DNA of 64,000 bases from an uncultured Planctomycetota bacterium (GTDB taxonomy: Bacteria; Planctomycetota; Planctomycetia; Gemmatales; Gemmataceae), in assembly GCA_963849325.1 (NCBI GenBank), contig CAWKHF010000007.1, positions 256,001-320,000 on the forward strand. Reading direction: 5' to 3'. This document shows positions 43,723 to 55,871 of the stretch, in pieces. The first letter of the stretch is position 1. The number at the start of each line of letters is the position of its first letter. The notes below the pieces were generated by a model, which saw only the letters and a program-made list of their open reading frames with translations, was not told the DNA's origin and searched no databases. Position numbers and translations under genes: made by a program.

Positions 43723-46700
43723 ATGGCGCACGGTCCTTGTCCCCGTTGCCATTCCCTGAGCGACCGGGAGACGGTTGGTCCCATCGGGACAGGCCCCTGT
43801 CCCCTCTGCGGCTACCACGCGGCGACCTTCCAGGAGCCCGGCCGTCCGACCGAGGCGGATCGCCTCCTCGAGAACGAACACACGGTCGATCTTTGCCGAG
43901 ACGGAGAGCCGGAACCTGCTGGATCGGCCGTCTCCTCCCTGGTCTTCGGGCCTTATCGCATTCTGGGCCTGATCGGCAAGGGCGGGATGGGCATCGTCTA
44001 TCGCGTGCGCCACGAACCGACGGGTCGAGAGGCGGCGCTGAAGACCGTCCGCGCCCGCCGGCGGGAGATTTTGCACTGGTTCCGGCGTGAGATGCACGCC
44101 ATGAGCCGCATCCGTCACCGAGGCGTGGTGGCGGTCCTGGAAACCGGGCAAGCGAAGGGACAGCCCTGGTATGCAATGGAGTTGCTCCAGGGGGCGACCC
44201 TCCACAACTATTTGCAGACGGCGTGGGACCACTCCAGCCCGGAGGCCGGCCTTGGGTCCGGTTCCGTGCCCTCCTCCCGGACGCCGACCGAGCCGTTGCT
44301 CGATCCGCACCACCTCGACGGCCGCGCCGCGAGCTGGTGCGGACCACCCTCGCGGCCCATGCCCCTCACCGCCGGCGCCCTCCAGGACTTCCTGACGCTG
44401 ATCGCCCGCCTTTGCTCGGTGCTGGCCTACCTGCACGGCGAGGGCATCGTCCACCGGGATCTGAAGCCGCGCAACATCGTCGTCCGCCCGGACGGGACGC
44501 CTGTGTTGTTCGACTTCGGTCTGGCCTCCCACTTCGGTGCCGCGCGGGCGGGAGAGCTTGCAAGTCGGCGGCAAGCTCGAAGGCACGCCGGAATACATGG
44601 CCCCCGAGCAGATCCTGGGCGAGTACGTGGATGCGCGGGCCGACCTTTACGCGATCGGCTGCATCCTTTACCAGGGGGTGACGGGCCGTGTGCCCTTCCC
44701 GTCGCGGACCACGCCCGGCCACCTGGAAGCGTGTGTCCGCGACGACCCGGTCCCTCCCCGTTGTCTGGTGAAGGGCGTCCCCCATCTGCTGGAGGAGTTG
44801 ATCCTTCGCCTGCTGGTCAAGCGGCCCCGCGACCGGATCGGGCACGCCCGCGCCGTCATCGCCGTGTTGGCCCGCCTGGGCGGTGAGGTCGGCGACTGGG
44901 GGGCCGAGCCGGTCGGGCGCGACTACCTCTATCGCCCCGGTTTCGTCGGCCGCGACGAGGTGCTGGATCCCCTGGAACACCGCGTTGGCGACGGACGGGG
45001 AGGTTTCGGCCGCTGTCTCTTCCTTCGCGGGCGGAGCGGCTCCGGGAAGACACGCACCATCATGGAACTGGCCCGCCGGCTGGAACGTTCCGGCCAGACG
45101 GTGATTACCGGCGAATGCTTGCCGCTCGGCGCCGGCGGCGCCCGACGAAGGCCCCGGCGTCCGCTCGCGGCCGCTGCACCCGTTCCGGGCCTTCCTGCAA
45201 GTCGTGGCCGACGCCTGCCTCGAACGAGGAGAGGCCGAGACCGATCGGCTGCTCGGCCGCCGCGCCAAGATTCTGACGGTGTGCGAGCCGTCGCTGGACT
45301 CCCTGCCGGGGCGGCGGCGCCACGCCGACCCACCGCGACCCTCGCACGACGACGTGCGGGCGCGACTGATGGACGCGCTGGCGGAAACCCTCGCCGCCTT
45401 CGCACGCGGCACGCCGTTCGTCCTGATGCTCGACGACCTGCAATGGGCCGACGAGCTGACGTTGAACTTCCTCTCCCTGTTCCATCTCGGCACCTGGGAG
45501 GCGCCCGGCGTGGCCATCCTGGGTACCTATCGCAGTGAGGACGCCCGGGAAGTCGCGCGCGGCTGCGGCTCCGCCTTCGCGGACATCCCCACCGTGGACC
45601 TGGCACCCTTGGGGGAGGAGAGCCTCCACGACATCATCCGCGAGATGCTCGGCTCCGACGAGCCGCACGAACCATTCGTCCATCAACTCGCCCGCCGCGC
45701 GCAAGGCAATCCGTTCTTCGTGGCCGAGCTGTTGCGGGCGGCCATCGCCGAGGAGATACTCTACCGCGACGAGGACGGGCGCTGGCGCGTCCGGCTGCCT
45801 CGGGAGGCGGCGGGCGACATCCTGCCGTTGCCCGACTCGTTGACCGAGCTGATCGTCCGTCGGCTCGACGGGCTGTCGCCGTCCGCCCGCGCGATTGTGG
45901 AACTGGCCGCCGTCTTCGGCCGGGAGGTCGAGGCCGACCTGCTGGAGGGGGCCGGCCTGTTCGACGCCGACCGGATGACCGCCCTCCAGGAGTTGCTCGT
46001 GGCGCAAGTGCTGGAAGATTCCCCCAACGGCGTGTTCCGCTTTCTGCACGACAAGCTCCGCGAGGTCGTCTACTCCCAAATCCTTCCGGATCGTCGGCGT
46101 GAACTCCACCGGGTCGCCGCCGAGGCCATCGAGACCTGCTTCGCCGGCCGCGCGGACCTGCGAGCGCCATTACCCGACGCTGGCCCATCACTGGCACCAG
46201 TCGATCGGTGAGCGCGAGGCCGAGCCGGATCGGTCGGCCCGCGCGATTTTTTACCTGGAAAAGTCGGCCGTCCAGGCGACGCAAAGCGGCCTGCAACTGG
46301 AATCCGTCACGCATGGCCTGGCCGCGGCGCGGCTGCTGGGCGCCGACGTGCCCCACACGCCGGAAGCGGTCGCCGTTGCCCTGCTGGCCGAGTTGGAGAA
46401 CGTCCGCCGCTTGATGGCCGGCCGCCACCCCCTGGATCTGCTCCACCTGCCGCTTGCGGACGACCCGCGGATCGACCGGCTCATCGGCCTGCTGCAAGCG
46501 ATGCACCCGGCCGCCCACACGAGCAATCAGCACCAGCTGTCCGCCTTCCTGGCGGCCAAGAACTTGTGTCTGACCCTCGAGCACGGCCGCGGGCGCACCG
46601 CCCCTTGTGTTTACGCGCTGTTCACGATCGTGGCCCGCAACGTGTTCGAGGACAGCCGCCTGGCGGACGCCTTCAGCCGCCTGGCGATGGAAGAGGACGC

Positions 46701-47691
46701 CCGCCAAGGACACGCCCTGACGTCGATCGTCGCCTTCCTCCGTTCCTGGTTCGTCGGCCACTGGGTCGCGCCCTTCCGGGACAACCTGGAAACCTGCCGG
46801 CTCAGCATCGAGGCCGGCCGGGCCTCGGGGGAGGTCCAGTATCGCTGCTTTTGCCACGCCAACTACGTCATCTGTCTGGCCGCGTCGGGGCCGCCCCTCG
46901 CCGAGGTCATCCGGGCGGCGGAAGAGCACCTCGCCCAGATTGCCCGCCGCGTGTGGACCCCTCACTATCATTGCGTCCTGGAGCGACAATTCGCCCGCGC
47001 GCTGGCCGGCGCGACGAGGGGACCGCTCAGCCTGACGGATGACGCCTTCGACGAGGAACGCGACCTCGCTTCCGTCTGCCGCACGAATAACGCCACCCAG
47101 ATTGGCTACTACCACACCTACCGTCTCAAGCTGCATTATTACCGCGGCGAGGCGCGGCCGGCGCTCGCCTGTGCGGAGCGGGCCTTGGCGGTCCTGCCAT
47201 GCTTCCAGGGGACGCCCGGCGAGATCGATCTGATCTTTTTCCGGGCCTTGACCCTGGCGATGTTGGCCGTGGACCCGGAGGAGACGGCACGTGCTGATCA
47301 CCTCGAAGCGGCCCGAGCTTCACGGACCACGCTGGCCCGATGGTCGGCCGATTGCCCGGCCAACTTCGAGCACAAGGTTTGCCTGCTGGACGGGGAGATC
47401 GCCCGCGCCGAGGGACGCGACGGCGACGCCCTGCGTTGCTACGCCGAGGCCGCTCGCTCGGCCGACGCCTTCGGCTTCCCGCAGCACGCGGCCCTAGCCT
47501 TCGAGCGAGCCGGCCGACAACACGTCCGCGCCGGCGATAGCTCCGCTGCCAAGGCCGCTTTCCGCGCGGCGATCGCTCGTTATCGATCCTGGGGCGCCGC
47601 GACCCTGGTTGACCGCCTGAAGGTTTTCGAGCATTGCGCGATCGCCAACGCTTCGGCGACCTCATGGCCCACCAGACGCAATTCCGACTGA
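43723..47691 (+). CDS. Ser/Thr kinase + AAA/STAND-like ATPase + helical-repeat protein (frameshifts near 44545, 45150, 46165)
   Basis: IGKGGMGIVY, HRDLKPRN, DFG, GTPEYMAPE; GRSGSGKT, LDDLQWAD, GNPFF, FLHDKLRE; C-terminal YRSWGA. Confidence 0.85.
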
Positions 47692-47862
47692 ATGCGTGGT
47701 GCGTCCCAGGTTGGATTTTCACGGGCCATGCGCTGAATGAGCGTCTGGATGTCCTTGGCCAGCGACGGTCTCCCGACTTGTTTCGCGCGTGACTTCCAGC
47801 GCCACCACCAGCGGAAGCCTTGCTGATGCCAGCGAACGACGGTCTGCGGCTGCACCACCAGT
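47645..47862 (-). pseudogene. Fragment of an IS3/IS481-like (integrase-core) transposase
   Basis: VQPQTVVRWHQQGFRWWWRWKSR..GRP...IQRMARENPTW.APRIQSEL. Confidence 0.7.
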
Positions 47863-48259
47863 ACACGAGCGCTGCCTCGATGTCCTCCAACCCGATTGCT
47901 GCCACACCGGCGGTATCACGCAGATGAAGAAGATCGCCGTCCTGGGGGAAGCCTATCAAGTGCCCATCGCGCCGCACTGTACCGCCAGCCTGCTGGGCAT
48001 CGCGGCCAGTCTCCACGTCGCCTGCTCCGTGCCGCTGTTCCTCATCCACGAGTTCTACCCGGACAACAGGGGCTTCAATCCAAAGGGGTTGGTGAAGATG
48101 TCCTACGCGGTGGACAAGGACGGCTACGTCACGCTGCCCGCCGGACCAGGCCTGGGCGTGGAGATCGACGAGAAAGCCCTGGCACAAGCCGCCAAGAAGC
48201 CTCAGACGTACAAATGGCCCGGCGCGAAACTGACGGACGGCTCCATCGCGGATTATTGA
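47863..48259 (+). pseudogene. C-terminal fragment of an enolase-superfamily (galactonate dehydratase-like) enzyme
   Basis: DVLQPDCCHTGGIT..KKIA...APH...IHE...PGLGVE; N-terminus missing. Confidence 0.78.
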
Positions 48260-48397
48260 CGATTCGCAGGGAGAAGCGCCAACGCGCCTCGCAGATGTGA
48301 GCGACTCCGGACCCCTCTACAAGAGGAATCAGACCATAGCCGATTGCGACGGGGAACGGCTCCAGGAGAGTTCGTCTCAACACCGCCGGCCCCCAAC

Positions 48398-48931
48398 CTA
48401 TCTTCTCGTGAAGTCCACACGGATATGGGCGCCGGCCGTGACGCGTACTTCGCGGGTTGCCGTGACGGTTTGTCCCTGTTCCCGCCACTGGGCCCAGACC
48501 TCATAGACGTAGCGACGGCCGGCCGTCAGCGGCGGGGAGGCGAATTTGCGGACGGTCCCCTCTTGCCCCGCCACCTTCGTGCCGTTGAACGAGAGTTCGG
48601 CGTCCGCGGGCACCAACACGATGAGATGTGCCATGAGGTCGGGGGGAGGCTTCTCATCCTGGGGGATCCTGGCCAGGTGCGGAATGGAATCGTGGGACAG
48701 ATGGTAATGCCCGCCATACCTGGGACTGGAGCGATACCCGAAAGAGGGATGATAGGAGGGGAGCGAGCGGTAAGCGGGAGCAGGATTGTAGTAGCCGAAG
48801 TTCGGCAAGGCACTATGAGGGGGTTGATAGATGGGGATGGGTTGTTGGGCGCTGCTCGTTAGCGGCAGTGCCAAGAATCCACCGGTTGCAACGATCAGAA
48901 CCCTCCAGAAGGAAAACGCACGCCTGTTCAT
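48398..48931 (-). CDS. TIGR03000-domain secreted protein
   Basis: VLVPADAELSFNG...GTVRKFASPPL..G..YVYEV.A.W. Confidence 0.85.
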   Translation of the reverse strand: MNRRAFSFWRVLIVATGGFLALPLTSSAQQPIPIYQPPHSALPNFGYYNPAPAYRSLPSYHPSFGYRSSPRYGGHYHLSHDSIPHLARIPQDEKPPPDLMAHLIVLVPADAELSFNGTKVAGQEGTVRKFASPPLTAGRRYVYEVWAQWREQGQTVTATREVRVTAGAHIRVDFTRR

Positions 48932-49172
48932 GGTTGTCCTCCCAAACAATACTCCTTTATCTCATTATACCCTTCTTGTCCTCTCTCCGTATGCGAGAGG
49001 CCGGAGATGACCGTGAAATCGTCCCGAAAGTTCTTGAGCACCTCGTCGTCGTGCCGTTGGCCGTCACCTTAGGCCTGGCCGACCTACGCGGGAGCTCTTG
49101 GTAATCCGCCGCGATGGCGTCGTGGTCGTGTGCCGTTGCCGAATGGAGCAGCGTCCGAACCGGGTGACGTTT

Positions 49173-50609
49173 CTACGCCATCAACTCCTTGATGATCTGA
49201 CCGCCCGTCTGGCTGAGCTGTTTGAATCGGCCTTCATGGAAATAGGTCAACTTGTTGTCATTCAGCCCGAGCAGGTGAAGGAGCGTCGCGTGCAAATCCT
49301 TGATCGGATGGACCACTTCGACGGCCCGGTCGCCCAACTCGTCCGTGGCCCCGATGACCTGTCCGGCCTTGACGCCGCCGCCGGCGAACCAGATGCTCAT
49401 GGCCTTGGCGTTGTGGTCCCGGCCGGCGCTGGTGGCTCCGCCGCGCAGACCATTATCCGGTGAACGGCCGAATTCGCCGCTCCAGATCACGAGCGTGCTA
49501 TCGAGCAGACCGAGCCGTCTCAGATCTCTTATCAGCGCGGCCATCGGCCGGTCCACGGCGCGGATGCGGGCCGCGTGCGAGCGCTCCAGGTAATCGTGCG
49601 AATCCCAGCCGCTGGCGTAAATCTGTACGAAGCGGACCCCTTTTTGCACCAATTTGCGCCCAGCAAACAGCGGCGGCCGAAGCTGTCGGTCTCCGCTTGA
49701 CCGATGCCGTACAGGGACCGGGTCTGGGCGGTTTCGCCGTGGACATCGAGGAGGCTCGGGACTTCGGATTGCATACGAAAGGCCAGCTCGTAAGCTTCCA
49801 TGCGCGCCGCCAGGTCGCTGTGGTGGGGATGCTTGTGCAAGTCGGCGGCATTCGAGCTGGGCGAGTAGATCCAGATTGGCCCGTTGCTGCTCGGCGCGGA
49901 CTCCAGCGGGCGGGTTCAAGTCGAGGATCGGCGCACCGCTCGGCCGCAGGGGAGTGCCCTGATAGGAAGCGGGAAGAAATCCGTTCGACCAGTTCGCCGT
50001 CCCTCCTTGGGGGAAGGCGACTTCCGGCAGCACCACGAACGCGGGCAGGTTCGCGGATTCCGTGCCCAGACCGTAGGTGATCCACGCGCCGACGGCGGGA
50101 TCGCCGCCGAAGCGATTGCCCGTGTTCAGGTGGTAGCAAGCGGTGGGATGATCGATCGACTCGGCGACACAACCGCGATAGACACACAGTTCATCGGCGA
50201 CGCCAGCCAGATGCAGAAAGTGCTCGCACAGGGCGATGCCTGCCTGCCCCACCTTCCGGAAGCGGAACGGACTCCGCACGTAGTAGCGCTTTCCACTGGC
50301 CATCGCCGAGGCGAATGGATCCCGGCGGACAAATTCTTTCATGTGCAGATCGTGCAGCCGGGGTTTCGGATCGAAGGTATCAATGTGGCTCGGGCCGCCT
50401 TCCATGAACAGAAAGATACAAGCCTTGGCCTTGGCCGGGTGATGCGGCGACCGCGGGACGAGCGGACCAGCCGGTTGCGGAGTCGCTGGGGCCGCCTCGC
50501 CGTGGAGCAAGGCATGGAATGCGACGGTGCCCAGCGTGGCGCCGAGTCCGTACAGGAACTCGCGGCGATGGGGCAGCCCTCGGAATGCAGACCTGGGGTT
50601 CATCGGCAA
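49173..50609 (-). CDS. DUF1501 protein (compensating frameshifts at 49.66-49.85 kb)
   Basis: RREFL, FLFMEGGPSHIDTFDPKP, GWDSH, GEFGRSP, GRDHN. Confidence 0.88.
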   Translation of the reverse strand: MPMNPRSAFRGLPHRREFLYGLGATLGTVAFHALLHGEAAPATPQPAGPLVPRSPHHPAKAKACIFLFMEGGPSHIDTFDPKPRLHDLHMKEFVRRDPFASAMASGKRYYVRSPFRFRKVGQAGIALCEHFLHLAGVADELCVYRGCVAESIDHPTACYHLNTGNRFGGDPAVGAWITYGLGTESANLPAFVVLPEVAFPQGGTANWSNGFLPASYQGTPLRPSGAPILDLNPPAGVRAEQQRANLDLLAQLECRRLAQASPPQRPGGAHGSLRAGLSYAIRSPEPPRCPRRNRPDPVPVRHRSSGDRQLRPPLFAGRKLVQKGVRFVQIYASGWDSHDYLERSHAARIRAVDRPMAALIRDLRRLGLLDSTLVIWSGEFGRSPDNGLRGGATSAGRDHNAKAMSIWFAGGGVKAGQVIGATDELGDRAVEVVHPIKDLHATLLHLLGLNDNKLTYFHEGRFKQLSQTGGQIIKELMA

Positions 50610-50616
50610 AACTCCG

Positions 50617-53461
50617 CTCAGCGCACGTAGAGGAATTCATTGGAATTGAGCAAGACCAGACAAAGATCGGCTAGCGCCGCGTTTGCGGTCCCACGTCCCA
50701 GGGCTTCACGTCGTGCCGGTAATCCCGGAGTCCGTCCAATTCTTCTTCCCATTCAAACTCCTCGCCGGTCATCTCTTCGACCATTTTGCGTTTGACGCGG
50801 GTCGGCGGCTTGTAAGGGGTTGGCGGATGGCGCTGGTGATAGTTGGTCATCTTGGCCAAGTGTTCTCGGCACAGTTGGTATTCGGCGGCGACAGGGTCGC
50901 GGCCGTAACACCATCGGAAAGCCTCTTGGATGCGTCCGTCCCTATTCTCCGCCCTTTTCTCCAGGGCGACGGCGACAGCGAGCGCGCGGTCATGAACGAA
51001 CGCGCTGTTGAACAGGGCGAACACTTGCGGCGTCACCGTGGTTTGTCCGCGGCGCTCGCAGGACACGTCGCTGCCGGGCTGGTCGAAGGCTTCCAGCATC
51101 GGCTCGGATAGGGAGCGGCGGCGGAAAACGTAAAGGGTGCGGCGATTGCGCTTCCGGGGCCGCGGCGACGGCTGATACGCCGGCGCCACGGAACCCATAA
51201 TGTGTCGCGGTTGCAGCGCCACTTCCTCGTTGATTTCGGGAAAGACACCCGGCCCGCCCATTTCGCGGTTCAACTCGCCGCTGAGCGCCAACATGCTGTC
51301 GCGGATTTCTTCCGCTTCCAGGCGACGTGGCGAAAAGTACGCCAGCCAGTCGTTCTGGGGATCGATCCGGCGCAGTGACTCGAACGTCGGAGAGCGGGCC
51401 GCTCCGCTGATAGGCCGCCGACGTCATGAGGAGTTCGTGCAGTTTCTTGAGCGACCAATCGTGTTCGATAAACCAATGGGCGAGCCAATCGAGCAATTCG
51501 GGGTGGGTGGGGCGTTGGCCCATCTTGCCGAAGTTATTCGGCGTGGCGACGATGCCTTTGCCGAAGTGATACTGCCAGACGCGATTGACGAGGACGCGCG
51601 CGGTAAAGGTGTTCTTGGGACTGGCGATCCAGTGGGCCAGCGCGAGCCGGCGTCCCCTCATCGTCGCCGGGATGGTAGGGCCAGCCGCCGGCGCTGTCGC
51701 CTCTTGGGGGCCGACGACGGCGCTGAGCACGCCCGGCGTCACCGCTTCCGCGGGTGCCTCCAGAGAGCCCCCGGGAGTATGTGGACTACCTGGACCGGGC
51801 CATCGCGTTGGGCCGGCAGCCGGTTGAGGAGTCGAGTGGAGAGGGAATGGTTCGGTGGACCGTCATAGACGGAGAAGGCGAAGGGCTGATAGCGCATCGC
51901 TTCGCGCTCAAAGTAATCCACGCGCTTCTGATAGAGCTTTTCGAGGCTCCGCTCGAAGTTACTCAGGCCAAAAAAACGCTTCTTCGGACGTTCGTCAACC
52001 GGCAGGTCGGTGACTTTGGCGACGCCGCGCTCTTTCAGATAAGCGGCGAGAGCCTCGTCGCTTTTTTGGTGCAGACCATCGAGAAAATCTCGCGCCGCTT
52101 GCAGGCGTCGTTCCGCGATGGCTCGGCCCTGGGCGAACGAGGATGTGTTCTCGTAAGACGGATACGGCGCCGGCGCTCGGCGAACTGTACAGGGGCGAAC
52201 ACGGCCTGCATTCGGTAATAATCCTTGGTGGGCACCGGGTCAAACTTGTGGTCGTGGCAACGGGCACAGCGCAGGGCTTGACCGAGGAACACCACACCGA
52301 CCTGGTGCGTCACATCGTCGAGCCATTGCTGGCGCGTCACCGCGGCGACGCTCATACCCGTGTGTTCCCAGGGTCCCATGCGCAGAAAGCCGACGGCGAT
52401 CAGCAATTCGGAACTTTGTGGATCGATTTCATCTCCTGCCAGTTGCTCGAGGAGGAAGCGGTTGTAAGGCTTGTCCCGATTGAAACTGCGAATGACGTAA
52501 TCGCGATAGCGCCAGGCGTTGGGACGCTCATAATCGTTGGCGAAGCCGCTGGTGTCGGCGTAGCGCACCACGTCGAGCCAATGCCGTGCCCACTGTTCGC
52601 CATAATGCGGGCTGCTCAAGAGCCGAGCGATCACCCGCGCAAATGCGTCCGGCGCATCGTCGCTCAAAAAAGCGTCCACTTCCTCGGGAGAGGGGGGAAG
52701 ACCAATCAGGTCGAAAGTCGCCCGGCGAAGGAGCGTCCGCTTGTCCGCGGGCGGCGCGGTTCGTGCAATGCCCTTGTCCTTCTGTTTTTGCTGGAGAAAG
52801 GCGTCGATGGGGTTCCGTGCGGCCGCTGGGTCCAAACCGCGAACCGGCACGACGGGGCGTTTCAGGGGACGATAAGCCCAGAGGTCTTTCGGTTTATACT
52901 TGCGATGGCTCCACTCCGGCGAACGTCCGCCGCTGGTGGCGACGGTCACGCCTTCCGGTGCGGAATCATCCCATCCGGTAGCGGTTTGCTGGGAAACAGT
53001 TGGCCAGGGAGCGCCGGCGGCCACCCAGGCGCGGAGGACTTCGACTTCCGCTGCCGTCAACTGGTCATTTTCCTTGGGAGGCATCGCGAGGTTCTGGTTC
53101 TGCCGCGTGATCGCGACATACAACAGACTCTTGGCGGGATCACCCGGCACGAGTGCGGGCGAGCCGCTTTGGCCCCCTTTGAGCATTCCGGCGCGCTGTG
53201 CAGGTCCAAGGCACCTTTGATTTTTTTCGCGTCCGCGCCGTGACAGGCGAAGCATTTCCGCTTCAGCAAAGGGAGGACACGTTGCTCAAAGGACAGGGCG
53301 GCGTCCTTGGGGGAAAGGGTGGCAGTCCTCGGCCGATCGCTCGGAGGATCGGCGCGGCTCCACGGGACAAGGAATCCCGCCAGCAGCGCCAGCGCCAGAG
53401 CAATCCGCGCGATGAACGGCGAGGTCAAGGTCTTCCTCATGCTCTCGGAAAGCATTTCCAT
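50617..53461 (-). CDS. Planctomycete cytochrome c + DUF1549 + DUF1553 protein; several frameshifts
   Basis: [68 protein letters not shown]. Confidence 0.85.
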
Positions 53462-53577
53462 GTGAACCCAGGGCTTGGCGGCAGACGACTCTGTCGACGA
53501 TTTTCCCAGATGATTCCTTCAAGATCAAGCTGGCGGAGTGGGAGACCAGAAGAAGACTGGAGAATCCCTCTGTAGTC

Positions 53578-55227
53578 CTACGGCGCTTCGTATACGGGCA
53601 GCACGATTCTCGACGGGTATCTCAATGACAAGTGCAGCGTGTTCTTGGCGACCCTGGTTGCCTTGTCGGCGCGAAAGGGTTTGCCGGTGTTGGGATTGGC
53701 CTCGAACCGCGGCGAGTTGGAGGAGGAGACGGCAACTCGGATGCGGTGCCCCCTGTTGAATACCAGCGACGTGCTCCACAAGTCCACGTTCAGCTCGTAG
53801 ACACGGCCCGGCTCCAGAAACGATTCTTTCTCGAACGACTGGTGATAACGCGCCCGCAGGATGCCGTCGCTGACGAGCATCGACCGGCCGTCGGGATACA
53901 CGTCACAGAGTTTCACGGTGAAGTCGGTATCCGGGCAGTCGGACGAGACGAACAGCTTGGCAGTGAGGCGGCCGGTCACCTCGAGCGGTTCCTTCAAGAC
54001 GGGGGAAGAAAACAGCAGCACGTCGGGCCGCTTCTCGACGCCGCGCTGGTCCTTCGGTCCCAGGGGGACGCCCAGTTCCTGCCCGCCAACGGTCTTCACC
54101 GGATCCTTCGGGTCGTAAGTGTAGGTCTTGCGGTCGTCGCCCTCGGGCGGTTTGTCCTTCACAAGTGTGCCGTCGGCGTGGAAGTAGAACCGCGCCGGTC
54201 GGGAAGGAGGCGGCCAATCGTCCTCGTGCCGCCAGCGGTTGCCCGGGGCTTGCGGATCGGTCGGATCACCCATGACGTAATAATGGACGGCCTTTTCTTC
54301 GGCGATGGCGTTTTTCTTGCCGAGGAGGACATGGTCGAACCAGGTGAAGACGTCGCCGCACGCCGGACCCTGAGAGGCGCTGATCGGATATTTCAACTCG
54401 GTGATCGGTCCATGGCCGATTGGGCTGATGACGAGGCGGCACTTGCCCCTGGCTCGCTCGCCGCCGTGATAATGGATGGCCCGGAACGAATTGATGGTGC
54501 CTTGCAAAAAGATGTCGTACCACCCGCCCAGGAAGACCCCCGGCGCTCGTACCTGGGCCGCCCGCGTTTCCGAATTGAGTCGTTTCCAGAAATCATCATA
54601 GCGCGGGTGGGCCACGAACGTCGCCAGGTTCTTTTCGATCATGCCGTTGGATCGTAGCCAAGGTTCGAGGAGTTGGGTACGGAACGCGCCGCCCTGGTAG
54701 GCGGCCTGGCTGTAGTAATCGGAAAAGGCGAGGGCGACGTGCTGGGCCTTCAGCTCGGCAGGCGCCACGGGAGCCGTCATGTTTTGCGTGATGCCCAGGG
54801 CCGAGCTGCCCCAACTGCCGATCTTACCGTTGCACCAGGGTTGCTTGGCGATCCATTCGAGGGTGTCGCGGCCGTCCTGGTGCTCGCCCAGCCCCTCGTT
54901 GCCGAAGATGATGGCGTGGTGTCCCTCGGACTTGAAGCGGCCACGCAGATCCTGGATCACGAACGCGTAACCGTGTCGGGCCGACCGCGCCGCCAGGCCG
55001 GCGGCCCCCCGACTTTTGTCGTAGGGGGTGCGCGCGACAATGACGGGATACCTGCCGGTGCCGTCGCCAGGGAGATACACGTCCGTCGCCAAGCGGACGC
55101 CGTCCTGCATGGCGACCATGTGCGACACGGCCTTGGGAGCCTGTCTGTCCTGGCAACCCGAGCCGATCCCTACGGCCCCGAGGAGCAGCGTCGCCAAAGC
55201 CCACGCCTGCCTGTCAAGCCTGTGCAT
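53578..55227 (-). CDS. CocE/NonD-family hydrolase, probable lipoprotein
   Basis: Lipobox-like GSGC; MQDGVRLATDVYLP, RTPY, QDLRGR..SEG, GSSALG, GGWYD, SSSNSPRF. Confidence 0.92.
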   Translation of the reverse strand: MHRLDRQAWALATLLLGAVGIGSGCQDRQAPKAVSHMVAMQDGVRLATDVYLPGDGTGRYPVIVARTPYDKSRGAAGLAARSARHGYAFVIQDLRGRFKSEGHHAIIFGNEGLGEHQDGRDTLEWIAKQPWCNGKIGSWGSSALGITQNMTAPVAPAELKAQHVALAFSDYYSQAAYQGGAFRTQLLEPWLRSNGMIEKNLATFVAHPRYDDFWKRLNSETRAAQVRAPGVFLGGWYDIFLQGTINSFRAIHYHGGERARGKCRLVISPIGHGPITELKYPISASQGPACGDVFTWFDHVLLGKKNAIAEEKAVHYYVMGDPTDPQAPGNRWRHEDDWPPPSRPARFYFHADGTLVKDKPPEGDDRKTYTYDPKDPVKTVGGQELGVPLGPKDQRGVEKRPDVLLFSSPVLKEPLEVTGRLTAKLFVSSDCPDTDFTVKLCDVYPDGRSMLVSDGILRARYHQSFEKESFLEPGRVYELNVDLWSTSLVFNRGHRIRVAVSSSNSPRFEANPNTGKPFRADKATRVAKNTLHLSLRYPSRIVLPVYEAP

Positions 55228-55269
55228 GAGAGGGCCCTTTCGCGGTGAAGGATACGGGCGCGATACGGC

Positions 55270-55380
55270 ACCGATCGATCCGCGCCTCCCGCCGCCGGGC
55301 ACCATCCTAACCCGACGCTACAAGGACGGCAACTGCACGTCCAGGTGCTGACGGACGGCTTCAACGTTTATTCGTCGCTC
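55270..55380 (+). pseudogene. DUF2924-like fragment
   Basis: DPRLPPPGTILTRRYK..(fs)VQVLTDGF. Confidence 0.55.
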
Positions 55381-55574
55381 AAGGTTCTGGCGCCGTGCTC
55401 CCTGATTCGCGATCCGCCATCGGCTGCGCGACTGCTCCGATGGGATTTTTGATAGGGACACGGGTATCGTGATCGACTCGGCGGTGTCGGCCCCTCCCGC
55501 AAAAGCAAGGCACCGCCATGGTGTTCGGCGTGGTGTCGTTCACCGCCGGCGGCAGGGAGCGAACCGCAAAGGCG

Positions 55575-55730
55575 CTTCCCGAACGCCAGGCTGGTCTACC
55601 TGTCGAGCCGGACCTACGGCGGCTGGGCGAAAGCGCCGCCAGGCAAGGTCGGCGGATCGGGCAATTCCGAGCCGTACTCCTACGAGACCGGCTTTGCCGT
55701 GAAATGGCTGATCGAGCAGCAGCTCGCAGG
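55575..55730 (+). pseudogene. Internal fragment of a planctomycete hypothetical protein
   Basis: PNARLVYLSSRTYGGWA...SEPYSYETGFAVKWLIEQQL, with no start or end. Confidence 0.45.
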
Positions 55731-55871
55731 CGCGGCACAACGGCGCGCAAGGATTTGGTCGCGCGGCGGTAGGACAAGCGTCGTGAATCTCCTTGCCGAC
55801 CATCTCCGGAGGGCGTACATTCGAATCATTCTCGCCCAGCCGCAATGCTCCCTCCTCGACGTAGCCTTCTA

